A DNA stretch of 64,000 bases from the human T2T-CHM13v2.0 reference genome, Homo sapiens. Shown piece after piece: positions 30,659 to 48,692 of this stretch. Location of the stretch: NCBI RefSeq assembly GCF_009914755.1, contig NC_060928.1. One strand, given 5' to 3'. Below the pieces are notes generated by a model. That model was not told where the DNA came from. It ran no database searches and saw only the letters and a program-made list of their open reading frames with translations. Numbering within the stretch: position 1 is the first letter of the stretch; every line of letters begins with the position of its first letter. The position numbers and the translations under genes are program-made.

Positions 30659-31007
30659 TCAACCTGTATTTTAAATGCATGCTTAAAAACTTTAGAAAAT
30701 CCAATAAAACGTATTTTAAATATAGTAAATGTCAAGTTACCTTAAATAGTCCAGTGCTGCTTATACACTTAAATTCTCTTACAACGTAAAATCACAAGTT
30801 TGAACTTAATTGCCTGTTTTAAGTTGAAATTAGTAGGTTCATCTGTTATTCCTTAATTGCCTAATTCTCTTAATCATAAAAAACACTCCAACCCCCCAAT
30901 AAACACGGGTTATTCTCACATTAAAATATAATGCCAACACTATACATTTGATTAATTTTATTGTCTCTATATTCTAAAATTTGTCACAGTTTAAAATACA
31001 CATATTT

Positions 31008-32056
<1,049 letters not shown>

Positions 32057-32233
32057 ACCTGTTAAAAGATAATTTAAAAAGAAGTAGAAGTGAAAGGAGA
32101 AGGAAGATGAGGTAAAATCATGATATTCATATAAATATAAAATAAAAATGTCTCAAAGACCTCAAAGACTTTAATTCATTTACTAATGAGGGAACCAGTA
32201 AGATGTTACAAATAATTCAAAGGAGAATTCAAT

Positions 32234-32234
<1 letters not shown>

Positions 32235-32268
<34 letters not shown>
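32235..32268. repeat. (CA)17 microsatellite
   Basis: Uninterrupted CA run. Confidence 0.95.
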
Positions 32269-32271
<3 letters not shown>

Positions 32272-32464
32272 CAACAGGAATACTGAAATAAATCTGATTA
32301 ACACATGCAAAAGAGACCAATAATCTATGGGGCAATAATCAATGTATCTCACAATCTGCATCTATCTGTCACATATAATCTGCATTTCTATCAACAATAA
32401 ATCATTTGCGTTACTATAAGTATTCTACAACTTACAGAGTTGTAACATATACTCATAAAACATT

Positions 32465-32780
32465 TCAGTTAGCAATGGAACAGACCCTGTATATGACAGC
32501 GATCCCATAAGATTACAATGGAGCCAAAAAATTCCTATCACCTAGTGACATTGTAGCCATTATAACATTATAATGTTATAACATTATATTATATAATGTT
32601 ATATATAATATAATGTTACATATTATATAACATATTATATATATAACATAACATAATATATAATGTATAACATGTTATATATAAATGTTATAATATATAA
32701 CATATGTATATATAAAACATAATTATATACTGTTATAACATTATAAAAGCACAATTACTTTAAAAAAAACTTAATGTAAG
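32465..32780 (+). mobile_element. Tigger3/Golem-like fragment with an internal AT-rich expansion
   Basis: atatgacagcgatcccataagattacaatggagccaaaaaattcctatcacctagtgac, then degenerate (TATAA/TAACAT)n at ~32560-32745. Confidence 0.6.
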
Positions 32781-33699
32781 GTCTGATCTTAGAAATTTTG
32801 TTATTGGGCTACCCAATTTACAGCCTTTAGGAGTCATAAATATGACAATTCCAACACTAAACTATTCAAAAGTTGGCATTCCAGCCATACCTGAAGGACC
32901 CTATTCAATGCAACTGGTGATCGTTCACATTCCCATAACAATATGTTTTCATATTTTACCCCATATCCTGACAGTTCCACATGTAGAGATATTTTGGAAA
33001 AGCTACCAGGGTACAGGGGTGGGGGACATTTTTAAATTGTTATATACAATCCCTACTGTCTTATAAGCAGATCTAAACACCTACCTGTGGTTATACAAAT
33101 ATTTGGAAGAAGACTAAATTACTCTGCATGAGAAATAAATAAAAGATACAGGAGCTGAGGGCAGATCCAAACCTTGAGAACAGTGGCAGCCAGGGAGGCT
33201 GGAAACTCAGTGCTGGAAAAGCTGAATCCTTTTCATCCTCCAAGCCAGAGAGACTCCATGACAACTGTCAGTCTAAAGAGGATAGTTAAGATAATTTGTA
33301 CTGAAATATAAACTCTGTTGTCTCTCACCCTCTCAAAATTGTCAACCACTTAAAAAAAATTGTGAACCACTGAAATATTTAGGCTGGTTCAGGACTAAAA
33401 CAGCATTCAGGGCAGATGGATAGCTGGGTTACACAACGAGAGCATGTTTACTTGCTCTTCTAGGAACTATTACTTCTGTAACTCTTTGGGCATACTTTTC
33501 CAGAGGGACTCAATATCATTTTTTCTATTGATTTGTGTTATTGCACTGTGAATTATTGCTGTTCTTAAAGATATGGTTCCATGCTAAAAAGGAAATGCTT
33601 TTTGTTTTTTACTTTCCCAACGTTTCCCTATAAACATCACTTACTGGCCCCTTGCCTTTCTACTTCTGTTCCTAAACAATTGAGTTCTAAAGCCATTTG

Positions 33700-35410
<1,711 letters not shown>

Positions 35411-35496
35411 TAAAATATCACTTTAAAATATTTAAGATTCCTGATATAGCTGTTGAATCATAATGTTATGAAAATGTAGAACTAATTTCATGATAC

Positions 35497-37021
35497 CGAG
35501 AGGTGACAGCGTGCTGGCAGCCCTTGCAGCCCTCGCTCGCTCTCGGCACCCCCTCGCCTTGGCGCCCATTCTGGCCGGGCTTGAGGAGCCCTTCAGCCCA
35601 CCGCTGCACTGTGGGAGCCCCTTTCTGGGCTGGCCAAGGCCAGAGCCGGCTCCCTCAGCTTGCGGGGAGGTGTGGAGGGAGAGGGGCAGGCAGGAACCAG
35701 GGCTGCGTGCAGCGCTTGCAGGCCAGCGCCAGTTCCGGGTGGGCATGGGCTCTGTGGCCAGCACTCGGAGTGGCCGGCCGGCCCGCCAGTCAGGGGTAGT
35801 GAGGGGCTTAGCACCTGGGCCAGCAGCTGCTGTGCTGGATTTCTCGTGGGGCCTTAGCTGCCTCCCCGCTTGGCAGGGCTCGGGACCTGCAGCCTACCAT
35901 GCCTGAGCCTCCCTCTCACCCCGCCTTGGGCTCCTGCACAGCCGGAGCCTCCCCGACGACCATGGCCCCCTGCTCCAGGGCACCCAGTCCCATTGACTGC
36001 CCTAGGGTTGAGAAGTGTGGGCGCACGGCCGGGACTGGCAGGCAGCTCCACCTGCAGCCCCTGTGAGCGATCCACTGAGTGAAGCCAGCTGGGCTCCTGA
36101 GTCTGGTGGGCACTTGGAGAATCTTTATGTCTAGCTAAGGGATTGTAAATACACCAATCAGCACTCTGTATCTAGCTCAAGGTTTGTAAACACACCAATC
36201 AGCACCCTGTGTCTAGCTCAGGGTTTGTGAATGCACCAATCAGCACTCCATATCTAGTTAATCTGGTGGGGACTTGGAGAACCTTTATGTCTAGCTAAGG
36301 GATTGTGAATGCACCGATCGGCACTCTGTATCTAGCTCAAGGTTTGTGAATGCACCAATCAGCACTCTGTGTCTAGCTCAGGGTTTGTAAATACACCAAT
36401 TGGTACTCTGTATCTAGCTAATCTAGTGGGGACGTGGAGAACTTTTGTGTCTAGCTCAGGGATTGTAAACACACCAATCAGCACCCTGTCAAAACAGACC
36501 AATCAGCTCTCTGTAAAACAGACCAATCGGCTCTCTGTAAAACGGACCAATCAGCAGGATGTGGGTGGGGCCAGATAAGGGAATAAAAGCAGGCTGCCCA
36601 AGTCAGCAGTGGCAACCCGCTCGGGTCTCCTTCCAGCTTGTGGTGGCTTTGTTCTTTTGCTCGTTGCAATAAATCTTGCAGCTGCTCACGCTTTGGATTC
36701 ACACTGCTTTTATGAGATGTAACACTCACCTCTAAGGTATAAAGCTTCACTCCTGAAGCCATCAAGACCACGAACCCACTGGGAGGAATGAACAACTCCG
36801 AACACACTGCCTTTATGAGCTGTAATACTCACCACAAAGGCCTTCAGCTTCACTCCTGAGCCAGTGAGACCACGAACCCACCAGAAGGAAGAAACTCCAA
36901 ACAAATCCGAACATCAGAACTCTAGACTCGCTGCTTCTAAGAACTGTTAACACTCAACGCGAGGGTCTGCGGCTTCATTGTTGAAGTCAGTGAGACCAAG
37001 AACCCACCAATTCCGGACACA
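35497..37021 (+). mobile_element. LTR12 (LTR12C/D/E-type, ERV9) solo LTR, sense to RXFP1
   Basis: (c)gagaggtgacagcgtgctggcag start, GC-rich U3, tandem CCAAT repeats, end ccaccaattccggacaca, and 4-bp TSD ATAC (35493-35496, 37022-37025). Confidence 0.95.
36150..36620 (+). promoter_or_regulatory. LTR12 U3 enhancer/promoter: 9 intact CCAAT (NF-Y) boxes, GT/GC box, GATA site and AATAAAA TATA-equivalent
   Basis: Counted 9 ccaat plus 1 ccgat. gtgggtgggg, AGATAA at 36573-36578 and AATAAAA at 36582-36588 are in the canonical ERV9 order. Activity not shown. Confidence 0.7.
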
Positions 37022-37807
37022 ATACAATCATTGAGGAGCTATATCTGCCACTAAATATAAATTTTAAAGACTGGACATAAAAAGATAATATTCAGAAAAG
37101 TTATGTGGAGAAGAATATTCAAAAGAGCTGCATGAAAACACAGGCAGGTATGGCCAGTTAAAACATCTTCAAAGTAGCTGTAGCTGGAGGCTAATTCATT
37201 AAAGAATTTTTCTTAAAATCTTGGTGTTTAAAGTGTTCTTAAAAAATTAATAAAGATATAAAAAGTTAGTCTCAACACAGATTGGTTTATTTGTATGCTT
37301 GAGATCTCTGAAATACGTGATGTTCTGCCAGTGATGGCCTTTTTTTTTACTTTGTTTTAAACAATTGGTTGAAAAAAGATTAATTTTGAATAATTTCACA
37401 AGTGAGAACATTATTTGTAGCACAGCTCATTATTATATAGATTTGACTATGTCCTTCATCAAACTATGTGCTCTGAAATGACTACGTACAAAGCCTTTCA
37501 TACATGGATTGCTTCTCTCTATGAGAATGTTAATTGCCCTGTTATTAAGAAGTCCCGCTATACTTCACAAAGGAAGTAGTCACTTTTATTTTTTCATGCT
37601 TTGATCATTGACCCCAAATACATTTTTACATAATAAGCTTTTAATGATTATTCAAACTATTCTGTTCTTATTTCTTCATAATTATAAGTATTCTAGAAAG
37701 TTCCAAAGATTTACAAACTTGGTAAGGATAATGGGAGCATAACTGTACTGGGAGTCTACAGATATCTTTGAAATTATATGAATCTCAGATTTTAAAGTGT
37801 TATAGTT

Positions 37808-38333
37808 AATATGTGGCCAACACAAAAACCTGCACACAGGTGTTTATAGCAGCTTGTTCGTAATTGCCAAAACTTAGAAGCAACCAAGATGTCTTTCAGT
37901 AAGTGAGTGGATAAATATATATTAGTAAGTGTGAGAAGCCAGTTTGAAAAGGCTACCTACTGCATGATTCCAATGACATAACATTCTGGAAAAAGAAGAA
38001 CTATGGAGATAGTAAGATGTTCAGTGGTTACCAGAGGACTTTTAGGGCAGTGAAACTACTCTGTATTATACTATAATGGTGGATACGTGTCATTATACAT
38101 TTGTCCAAACCCATAGAATGTATAACATCAACAGTGAACTCCAATGTAAACTACGGACTTTGACTGACAATGATGTGTCAGTGTAGGTTCATCAACTGCA
38201 ACAAATGCACCACTCTGGACTGGGGAGAGTGTTGATGGTGGAGGAGGCAGGGACTATATGGGCACTCTCTGTACCTTTTGCTCTATTTTGCTGTGAACCT
38301 AATAGCTATAAAAAATAAGGTCTACTTTTTAAA
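37808..38333 (+). mobile_element. Old L1 (L1MB/MC-type) 3' end
   Basis: gtgtttatagcagcttgttcgtaattgccaaaact...gcaaccaagatgtc...cattatacatttgtccaaacccatagaatg. Confidence 0.75.
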
Positions 38334-39139
38334 ATGGCATTGTTGCCCTTCAAAGTCAGAATAGGATGGTTATGTGAAACGTTATCAAATATTCATACCT
38401 TTCAATTGTTTATGGAACAATTTTTACTCCTTAAGTTTGTCTCCTCTAATTTTACTATTCAACAAGTAATTTTCAGCATCCCTAACCAGAGATACAAACA
38501 AATAACGACAAGGGCTTTGTTTACAATGAGTGTTCTTTTTTGTTGGTGGGGGGTGGGGATAAGATTAAAGCATTCGAAACAATTGGACAACCAATATGTG
38601 ATGAAATTTAATTAATTGATTGTTAGTGTAGATGAGTGTGTCTGGTGCAAAGAGGTTAAAGTGGACTGCTTTTTGAAGTATTGATAGTTTTAAAGTTCTT
38701 ATAGTGCTCTTCATTCTATTAAATGTTTATTTGTAGGGGTATAAATATAGCAAATCAGATAATATTTCAAAACTTTAATATTTAAATTAGCTTGGACACT
38801 CAAACATTCTTTCCTAGAAACACAATTGCAAATAATGACTAATTTTTCTTCAAAAAAGGAAGTAAAAGAATATTTATCTAATAGGATTAGAATCTCACCT
38901 AGATGCAAGCCAATAAAGTCTGAGTCAGGAATTCCAACAAGGCTGGAGCCCAAATTTCAGGAGGAAGTGATAGTGACGAGGGGGAATGGTAGTGATGGAG
39001 AAGGAGTTCCAGGAATCGGGGAAGGTATAAAAAACCAGAATGGGACTTCTGGATTGAAGATGGAGTTTGAAAGTGTTGAAGTGAGTGAGAAAGTATTGAG
39101 CTGAGTTAGAAAACTCACATGGTGAAGCTCTTGGGTAAG

Positions 39140-40010
39140 GATGGAAATGAAGGCAAATGAGCTATCTTTATTCTTGCACCCTACCTTTCCCCCAGAGAGT
39201 CTCAGTGGTGGCACTGCCATGCTTCCAGCTGGTCAAGCCAATTCAGAACATTCTGTCCATTTCCATTCTACCCCTAAATTACATGTCAAATATGTTCACT
39301 TCTCTCCTCTCCACTGGCGCCATTCTAGACTAAGCCTCATTTGTCTATTACCTGGAGCACTGCAAAGTTTCCTAATCAGCAGCCCAGCTTTCCCTCCTAC
39401 CCTCCCCTCAAGTCTCCTACCCAATGGCACTCCATCCCAGTAGCCAGAATTATATGACCAAAACATACCTGTTTCCTAATTGGCCCCTTGGCTTCAAATT
39501 CTTCATTGATTCCCCTTTGCATTTTAAATAAAACCCAAACTTCTTCCCTTTGCCCAAGGATACTTCTCTACCTCATCAACCTCAGCTCATGTCACTTGTC
39601 CCTGCTCACTGGGCTCCATCACCACAACCCTCCCAGAGTTCCGTAATCCTCAGCCTGAAGCCTCTTCCTCACCACTTTAACTACCACCACCACTTCCCCA
39701 CTCCTACCTCCCCTACTCTCATGGGTGATTTCCTTTTCTTCCTCCAGATCTCAGCTTAAATGACACCATTTTACAGCGGCCTCCCTCTAACTACCCCTTG
39801 TACAAAGCACCAGCACACAGTTATTTTCCATTACATCACCTGTTTTCTTTCTTTTTGGACCTCTCCATAAATTGTAAATATTTATTAACTTGTTCAATGT
39901 ATCCTCCCTGGGAGATGGTAACCTCCCCTAGGGCAGGAACTCTGTTTCATTCAATGATGCATGCATAAAATCTTGCACAGGGCCTTACACTTAGCAACTA
40001 TCCAATATAG
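39140..40010 (+). mobile_element. L2 LINE 3' fragment (degenerate)
   Basis: Pyrimidine-rich tract with cagatctcagcttaaatg and agggcaggaactctgtt...tgcacagggcctt, an L2 3'-end pattern. Confidence 0.6.
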
Positions 40011-40070
40011 AAATGATCACATGGCACCTGCTTTCCTGTTATCCTCTATGTCTTCTTGTTTCTCCAATAC

Positions 40071-41042
<972 letters not shown>

Positions 41043-41432
41043 ATACCAGACCAGCCTTGATTCTGAGCCCATAGTAAGAATACAACAAATTCCTGTTTTT
41101 AAAATTATTGGCTGAAAATTGTTTGTAGAAGACGGTAATTGGATTGAACTGTGAAGTATGGGCAGACGTTTCATAGAAGAGAGGAATGGAGAGGCACTCC
41201 GGGTGGGAAACAGCATGAACAAAGGCAAAGAGGAAAATGTTGGCATCTTCTGGAATCATGGAAAGAACGTCCTAAGAGGTGAAGGTTCCTAGAAAATAAC
41301 TGGCATCAGGGTTGTATGTAGAAACCATGATGAGAAAGACAAATGATTATAAAATATCAGGGAGAAACTGCTCTTTGCCACGCCTTTGTATTAACCACCT
41401 TCAAACTTTGTGTCTTCTCCCCTTTTCCTCAG

Positions 41433-41570
41433 TTTCTCATGGGGGTGGACAGGATGTCAAGTGCTCCCTTGGCTATTTCCCCTGTGGGAACATCACAAAG
41501 TGCTTGCCTCAGCTCCTGCACTGTAACGGTGTGGACGACTGCGGGAATCAGGCCGATGAGGACAACTGTG
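41433..41570 (+). CDS. RXFP1: RXFP1 (relaxin receptor 1/LGR7) exon 2, LDLa module; 138 nt, phase 1-1
   Basis: Translates (F)[45 protein letters not shown](G), matching the RXFP1 LDLa sequence I recall. Polypyrimidine tract plus AG at 41431-41432; donor G|gtgagt. Confidence 0.97.
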
Positions 41571-41718
41571 GTGAGTGAAGCCCCTGCAGTCACGGTGAGA
41601 GAAAGGAGCAGAAAGGACTGAAGGTGAAGTCGCTGAGACTTCTCTCAACAAAAAGACAAAACTAAATTGAAATACAAAACATATGTTGCTTAAGGAAATC
41701 TTACACTTATTTCAGTAG

Positions 41719-42043
<325 letters not shown>

Positions 42044-42125
42044 TTAATATCCACTCGTTTCCATGTAATGGTATCACAGCCAATATTCCAGGCGAGTGGT
42101 GGTTGCTCACAGAGTAAGTTTTAAC

Positions 42126-42345
42126 CAAGATTGTCCAACCCGCAGCCTGCAGGCTGCATGCGGCCCGGGATGGCTTTGAACGCAGCCCAACACAAATTCA
42201 TAAGGATTTTGAAAGCATTAGATTTTTTTTGTGATTTTTTTTTTAAGCTCATCAGCTATCATTAATGTAAGTGTATTTTATGTGTGGCCCAAGACAACTC
42301 TTCTTCCAATGTGGTCCAGGGAAGCCCAAAGACTGGACACCCTTG
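42126..42345 (+). mobile_element. MER30 hAT DNA transposon
   Basis: ttgtccaacccgcagcctgc...ggatggctttgaa...gtgtggcccaagacaactcttcttccaatgtgg...tggacaccc. Confidence 0.8.
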
Positions 42346-42379
42346 TTTTAACCCAACAAACCTGCCCAAGTAAGGTGTT

Positions 42380-42620
42380 AGAGGCAGAATACGGTTGAAA
42401 TTGAGAATACGGGCTCTGGAGCCAGACTGCCCAAGTTTGAACCTGGGTATGACGATAAGCAATTATGTAAGCTTGAGAACATTTCCTAGCCTCTCTGTAC
42501 CTCAGTTTCCTCATTTCATAAAAGGGCATGGTAATTGTGCCTATACTCTAAGAATTCAGGAAGATTAAGGGTACAGAATTAGAAGAGTACTGGACATCTA
42601 GGAGGTGCTGTCCAGGTGTT
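42380..42620 (+). mobile_element. MIR SINE
   Basis: ggctctggagccagactgcc...ctctctgtacctcagtttcctcat core. Confidence 0.75.
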
Positions 42621-44176
42621 GGATGCTGTTGCCCTTTCTTATCTTTTGGGACGAAAAGTGAGTTCTTCTAAAAGAGACAAAACAAACAATATGTAAATAC
42701 AACTTACTTCCTACTTAACCAACAACCATACCTCTGGATTTATAAAGCCAGTAAGTAGGGCTTCTGGCCAATTTGAATATGGGAAAATAGCTTTCAGTTA
42801 GAATTTTGTTCAAACTTCTGAAGCCTTGAAAATACAAAGTTAGAACCTGAATTGTTTGGATCTGAGTCACTGGGAAAATAAACTTCGGTTAATAATGTAA
42901 AGTAGTAAGATTTCTCACCTGTCAAGAAATAAGGTACTATTTTGGGAGGACTAAAAGATGCATAACAATGCTATTATGCAAAGTGTCACATAAATAATAT
43001 ATGCTAATGAGGCCTTGCTGTGATCACTCCCCCAAGTATTTCAGGCTTTTTAAGAAACCACCTTGAAGGAATTAAGTTTCCGTTAACATAAAATAAGATG
43101 AACACCTGGCTTGAAAATCCTCCTACTTGAAAAAAATCAGCTAGGTCACACAAGCAGACCTTAACTGAGCTAATTTCTTGAATGTAACTGAAACTTAGGT
43201 TGTTTCTTGTAAATGCCTCTGATAATCACAAACAAAACTTAAATTGTCTTTCTAAAGTGGTATAAGGTAAATCACTTTTAACCAGTCCGCTATCACCTGG
43301 AAACCCCGTTGTAATAACCAGTCATGGAAAAGGTTGAAGAAATTCCTCATTTTCACTTTATGAGCAATCCTATAATACATGCCTCTGAGCTTTCTTACTG
43401 CCTGGGCTGAAATCTCCCTGATATCGAGCTGTACTTTCTCTTACTGTATGATAATAAACTTTTAAATTTTTATAACTTGATCTGATTTTATTTTTGCCAC
43501 TTCTTAGTTTGAAACACTATTTCTATGTGATGGCAGTAACTCAAGTATAACCACACTATCTAAACTAGTGAGCTTAAGCTGCAATTGTATTTGATTTGGA
43601 TGGCTATAAATACGTTTTCATTTATTTAAAAAAAACAACGTCTTGTTAAAATAAATTAATATTACATAATTTTTTAATTAGATGAAACAGTGTTTTGCCC
43701 ACTGCTAGTCAGTTCCCCGTCGACCTGCTGGCAGTTCAAATAGAGAGTTCTAGACAGAGCAACAGGAAAACTTCACTCCAATTAAAATGGCAGCTGGAAG
43801 CAGGAAAGGAACGTGGTGGGAGTAGCAAATTTACCAGCAAATGTAGCTTCTCAGTGGAAAAAAAGCTTGGGAACTCTAGCTTTAGTGCTAAGTTTAAAGA
43901 GGCCAAGTAGCAAAAGTAGCAATCCTTACAGTAATAATCCTTAAAATCATGCAAGTTTCTCAGGATTCACCAAAAAGCACATTTAGACAGAGGCAATAGG
44001 GCATTGGGGTTTCAGAGAGAAGTTTAGAAATCAGAGTTAAACTCTAGCTATAAAGGGAGGCAAAAAATGGCTTGTTTTCTTTTCTATAAAACAGGAATAA
44101 TAAGAGTATCCATGTTCATGGGTTGTTAACAGGATTCCATGAGATAATGTATCCGAGATGCTTAGCAGAGTACAGG

Positions 44177-44530
44177 TGCTTTGGACTGAATGCTTGTGTC
44201 CCCCATAAAGTTTATATGTTGAAGCCCTATCCCCCAGTGTGATAGGATTTGGAGATGGGATTTGGGGGATGTAATTAGGAATACGTGAGGTCATAAGAGT
44301 GGATTAGCATCCTTATGAGTCCTAAGGGAGCTTGCTTCATCTCTCCACCATGTAAGGAAACAGCAAGAATACTGCTGTCTGTGAACCAGAAAGTGGGCCA
44401 TCACTAGACATGACTCCACCAGCACCTTGATCTTGGACCTCCCAGTCTCCAGAACTATGAAAAATAAATGTTTATGTTTAAGCCACCCAATCTATGATAC
44501 TTAGTTATAGTAACTTGACCTAAGACAATA
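44177..44530 (+). mobile_element. MaLR LTR (MLT1A-like)
   Basis: tgctttggactgaatgcttgtgtcccc...caccttgatcttggacctcccagtctccagaactatga...aataaatg. Confidence 0.8.
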
Positions 44531-45014
44531 GGACATGAAATTAGCACTCAATAAATGTTACCTAGTGTTATCAGTTAGCTGTAATTATATTACAAACATA
44601 GTGGCCTAAAACGTAACCATTTATTTAGCTTATGATTCTTGGGGTCAGCAATTTTGGATGGACTCCACTGAGATCAGCTAGGCAGTTCTGGTCTCAGCTG
44701 GATTTTCTCAAGCACCTGCAGTCATCTGTGGATCAGCTATGCCATGATGCCTGGGACCTTGTCTGTGTCCTTAATTCACCATTGCCAACGTTTGAAACCT
44801 CTCAAGTCCAGTTTTGGATATCTGGGAAAGATCATAATTCACTCTTATAAAGACATGTCTATGTAAAAAATAACTATTTCAATTTGTTACTGATCTTCTT
44901 ATGCCAGAATCACATAACTTTCTTGAAATTCACCTAGACCACTGGATCTCCAAAAGTAGTCCTGAGACCAAATTCATCAACATTACCCAAGAAGTTGTTA
45001 GAAATACACATTTT

Positions 45015-45150
45015 GGCCAGGCCCAGTGACTCACACCTGTAATCCCAGCACTTTGAGAGGCCAAAGTGGGAGGATTGCTTGAGTCCAGGAGTTGGAGATC
45101 AGCCTAGGCAACATGGCAAAAACCTGTCTCAATATTTTTTAAAAAAGAAA
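45015..45150 (+). mobile_element. Alu left monomer (FLAM-like) within a MER5-like element
   Basis: Single Alu arm; flanks resemble MER5A (gttagaaat..., caggctccatcccagaccta, tttgagaacca). Confidence 0.7.
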
Positions 45151-45746
45151 AAATAATTATTTTAAAATATTTATATAAAAATTTAAAAAAAGAAATGAAA
45201 ATTCTCAGGCTCCATCCCAGACCTATTGAATCAAAAGCTCTGTTTTAATATGAGCCTCGTGTCATTCTAATACACGCTAAGTTTTGAGAACCATGAACCT
45301 AAACCCAATGAGCAGAAAATCAGGAATGCATGCAAAATGGTAGCAACAGCAGAGATACATTAGAATCAAGTTTTCAATATGGTACACAAGCATTCTAACT
45401 TGCTCACAAACTCCATTATTATCAATTATCTACAATTTTTAGCTCCTCTAGGAAAACCGGTATGCTAGTAGTGGCAGTCATCTAGAAATAGAAAAAAAAA
45501 ATTAATTCCGTTCAAAACCTCAAAGATGCCCAGTTGGCATGCTGCTGCTGTCCATGCAAAAATAGACTGGAACTTTCCAGGAAGGATGGCAGAATTTCAT
45601 CACCATCTTTAGAGTCCAGGTGATGGAAAAATTATGAGATGCAGTTATTTCTGTTTGTCTCTAATTGCTTTAATTTCCCTTGCAAACTGAGTGGTTTTTT
45701 CCTTCATTTTATAGTATCTGGATCATTTATGCTCCCAAGGCTGTTC

Positions 45747-46070
<324 letters not shown>

Positions 46071-47630
46071 GGCTGTTCATTTTTAAAACATCCATATGTA
46101 AATTCTGTTTAATACTAATTAAATTAAGTCAGAAAGTTGCTTCTTTTCAGAATATGTAAACCTCATGCATATTTTCCGTCATGTAAAATACAATATCTTA
46201 ACATACAAATATAAGAAAACCCCATAATTAAAAATCATTTTTAGAGTAATAACTTACAACTTAATAGTATATTGTCAAATAAAATACCTTCTTTTAATGA
46301 AAGAGTTTTTTCTTAATTAGACCTTTTAAGGTATATCTTAAACTCCAAAAACCTCTCCCTTATTCTGTCAAGCTATTTAAACCTTGACACTAATAATAAT
46401 TATTAAAATGGAAAAATAAGTCAAATGGAAATTGTAGAAATAAAATTTAGGGATATCGCTGAAAAAAATGAAACACCAAATGAATTAAACTGAGTCTCTA
46501 TATTTGAACTAATACATGAACTAATTATATTTAGAAAGAACTGTCACTTTTGTGTTATCGCAGGCACTTTAAACAAGTACTCTTATTTAGTACATATTAA
46601 GGTCCCAGTTTTCTCAGAAAACCCATAAATAATTAATTTCCCTGTAATTAAACACTTTATTAAGTATAAAAAATAAAATATTTCAGCACAAAGAGCATGA
46701 CATTAACTCAGTGAAGATTTTTTGTGAACACAATGCAAGCAAAATCAATAGATTTAAAATTTTTCAGTTGAATTCATATGAATCCTTTTTTCTAAAATAT
46801 TTACACAATATGGAATTTACATGTATACAGACATACATATATCAAAAACTGATTACACTATTTTTATAATAACTTTGATCCTTACTGGTGAACTTCAGTA
46901 TAGAAATGTATAGATGTTTCCTGAGTTATGCAATTTTATATCATTCCCATATAATTCCATTTGTTTTTTTGCCATGTGTCACTAAACCATTCTTCATCTC
47001 TGCTCAGAACTGTCACAGACACAATCAAACAGCATAAGGACCAAAAAAATTTTTTTAAGTCATCAGAGCAGTGTTTGATGTGACAATGACAAACCCAAAA
47101 GGAGGGACCTTTCAGTTTTTCAGCTAGAACTATGATACCTGAGAGAATACATCTGGGTAAATAACAAAGGAACCTGATAACAAAAAGTTGAGGGTTCTTC
47201 TTTAGGAATCATCTGTGTTCATTTTCAAATGAGTGCAAGCTCAGTAGTAAAAATGTTAAAGGAACATCAAATTCTCAGATGCTGTTAAATTAGTTCACTT
47301 CCTCTAGATTTGTATTTAAAAGAAACTCTTTACGTTTCTAGATTAGAATTTGCTCTAGCATTCCTTCTGTGTTATAAACAGAAGGCTGTGCTAAATAAGG
47401 GCTCCCCCTCATGGTTACACTAACCCAACCTTATCTGAGAGACAGGTTGAATTACTGTAACTGGGAAGACTGGCTTTCTGGTGCCTCCCTACTGTACTCT
47501 TGTTCTTTAGCACTTTAGCAGCCTTGTCTACAGGAAAAGGATAAAGGCCTTTGTCAGTCTGTTTACATATTACCAATTCTATAACCCATAGGGGAAATGG
47601 AAAACCTCTTCTAATACATTTTGGGTCGTG

Positions 47631-48358
<728 letters not shown>

Positions 48359-48692
48359 ATGCATGTTAGGACAGTTTGTGGAGAAGGGCCATCTTCTGTG
48401 GGCCTAAAGAGACATTATTAAGGTCGACATAAAGTTCTGGTCCAGATTAAAGCAAGCCTTAGAATTTAGTCTTAGTGGATTTTAGACAGAATTTCCAATG
48501 AGCTGTTCTTACGCATAATTGTATGTGGTATAAAACCTCCTAAAGATGATTTTGCTTCACTGTTCACTTGCAGTTCTGGGTTGTGCTAAACTTGAACCAC
48601 ATGGTTTTTACCGGGTGTTTTGTACTCTTTTATGTTATGGTGAGTCAGGTATGGCTACAAGAGACACCAGGGAGGCTCAGAAACACAAAAGT

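Noticed and set aside
33335-33375. Short direct repeats (aaaattgt(c/g)aaccact x2; similar ones at ~32150, ~35075 and ~54372/54422)
   Set aside because: Ordinary slippage-type micro-duplications with no sign of function.
35490-36113. Cluster of GC-rich ORFs (up to 138 aa) and a CpG-island-like region
   Set aside because: Entirely inside LTR12 U3. High GC content explains the lack of stops, and there is no recognisable protein.
36100-36555. Regularly spaced ~40-bp repeats resembling a CRISPR array
   Set aside because: The units are degenerate tandem copies with no unique spacers and no cas genes; they are the LTR12/ERV9 U3 enhancer repeats.
43040-43500. Possible additional LTR (AATAAA near the end, LTR-like composition)
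   Set aside because: I could not assign a family, termini or TSD confidently without a Dfam search.
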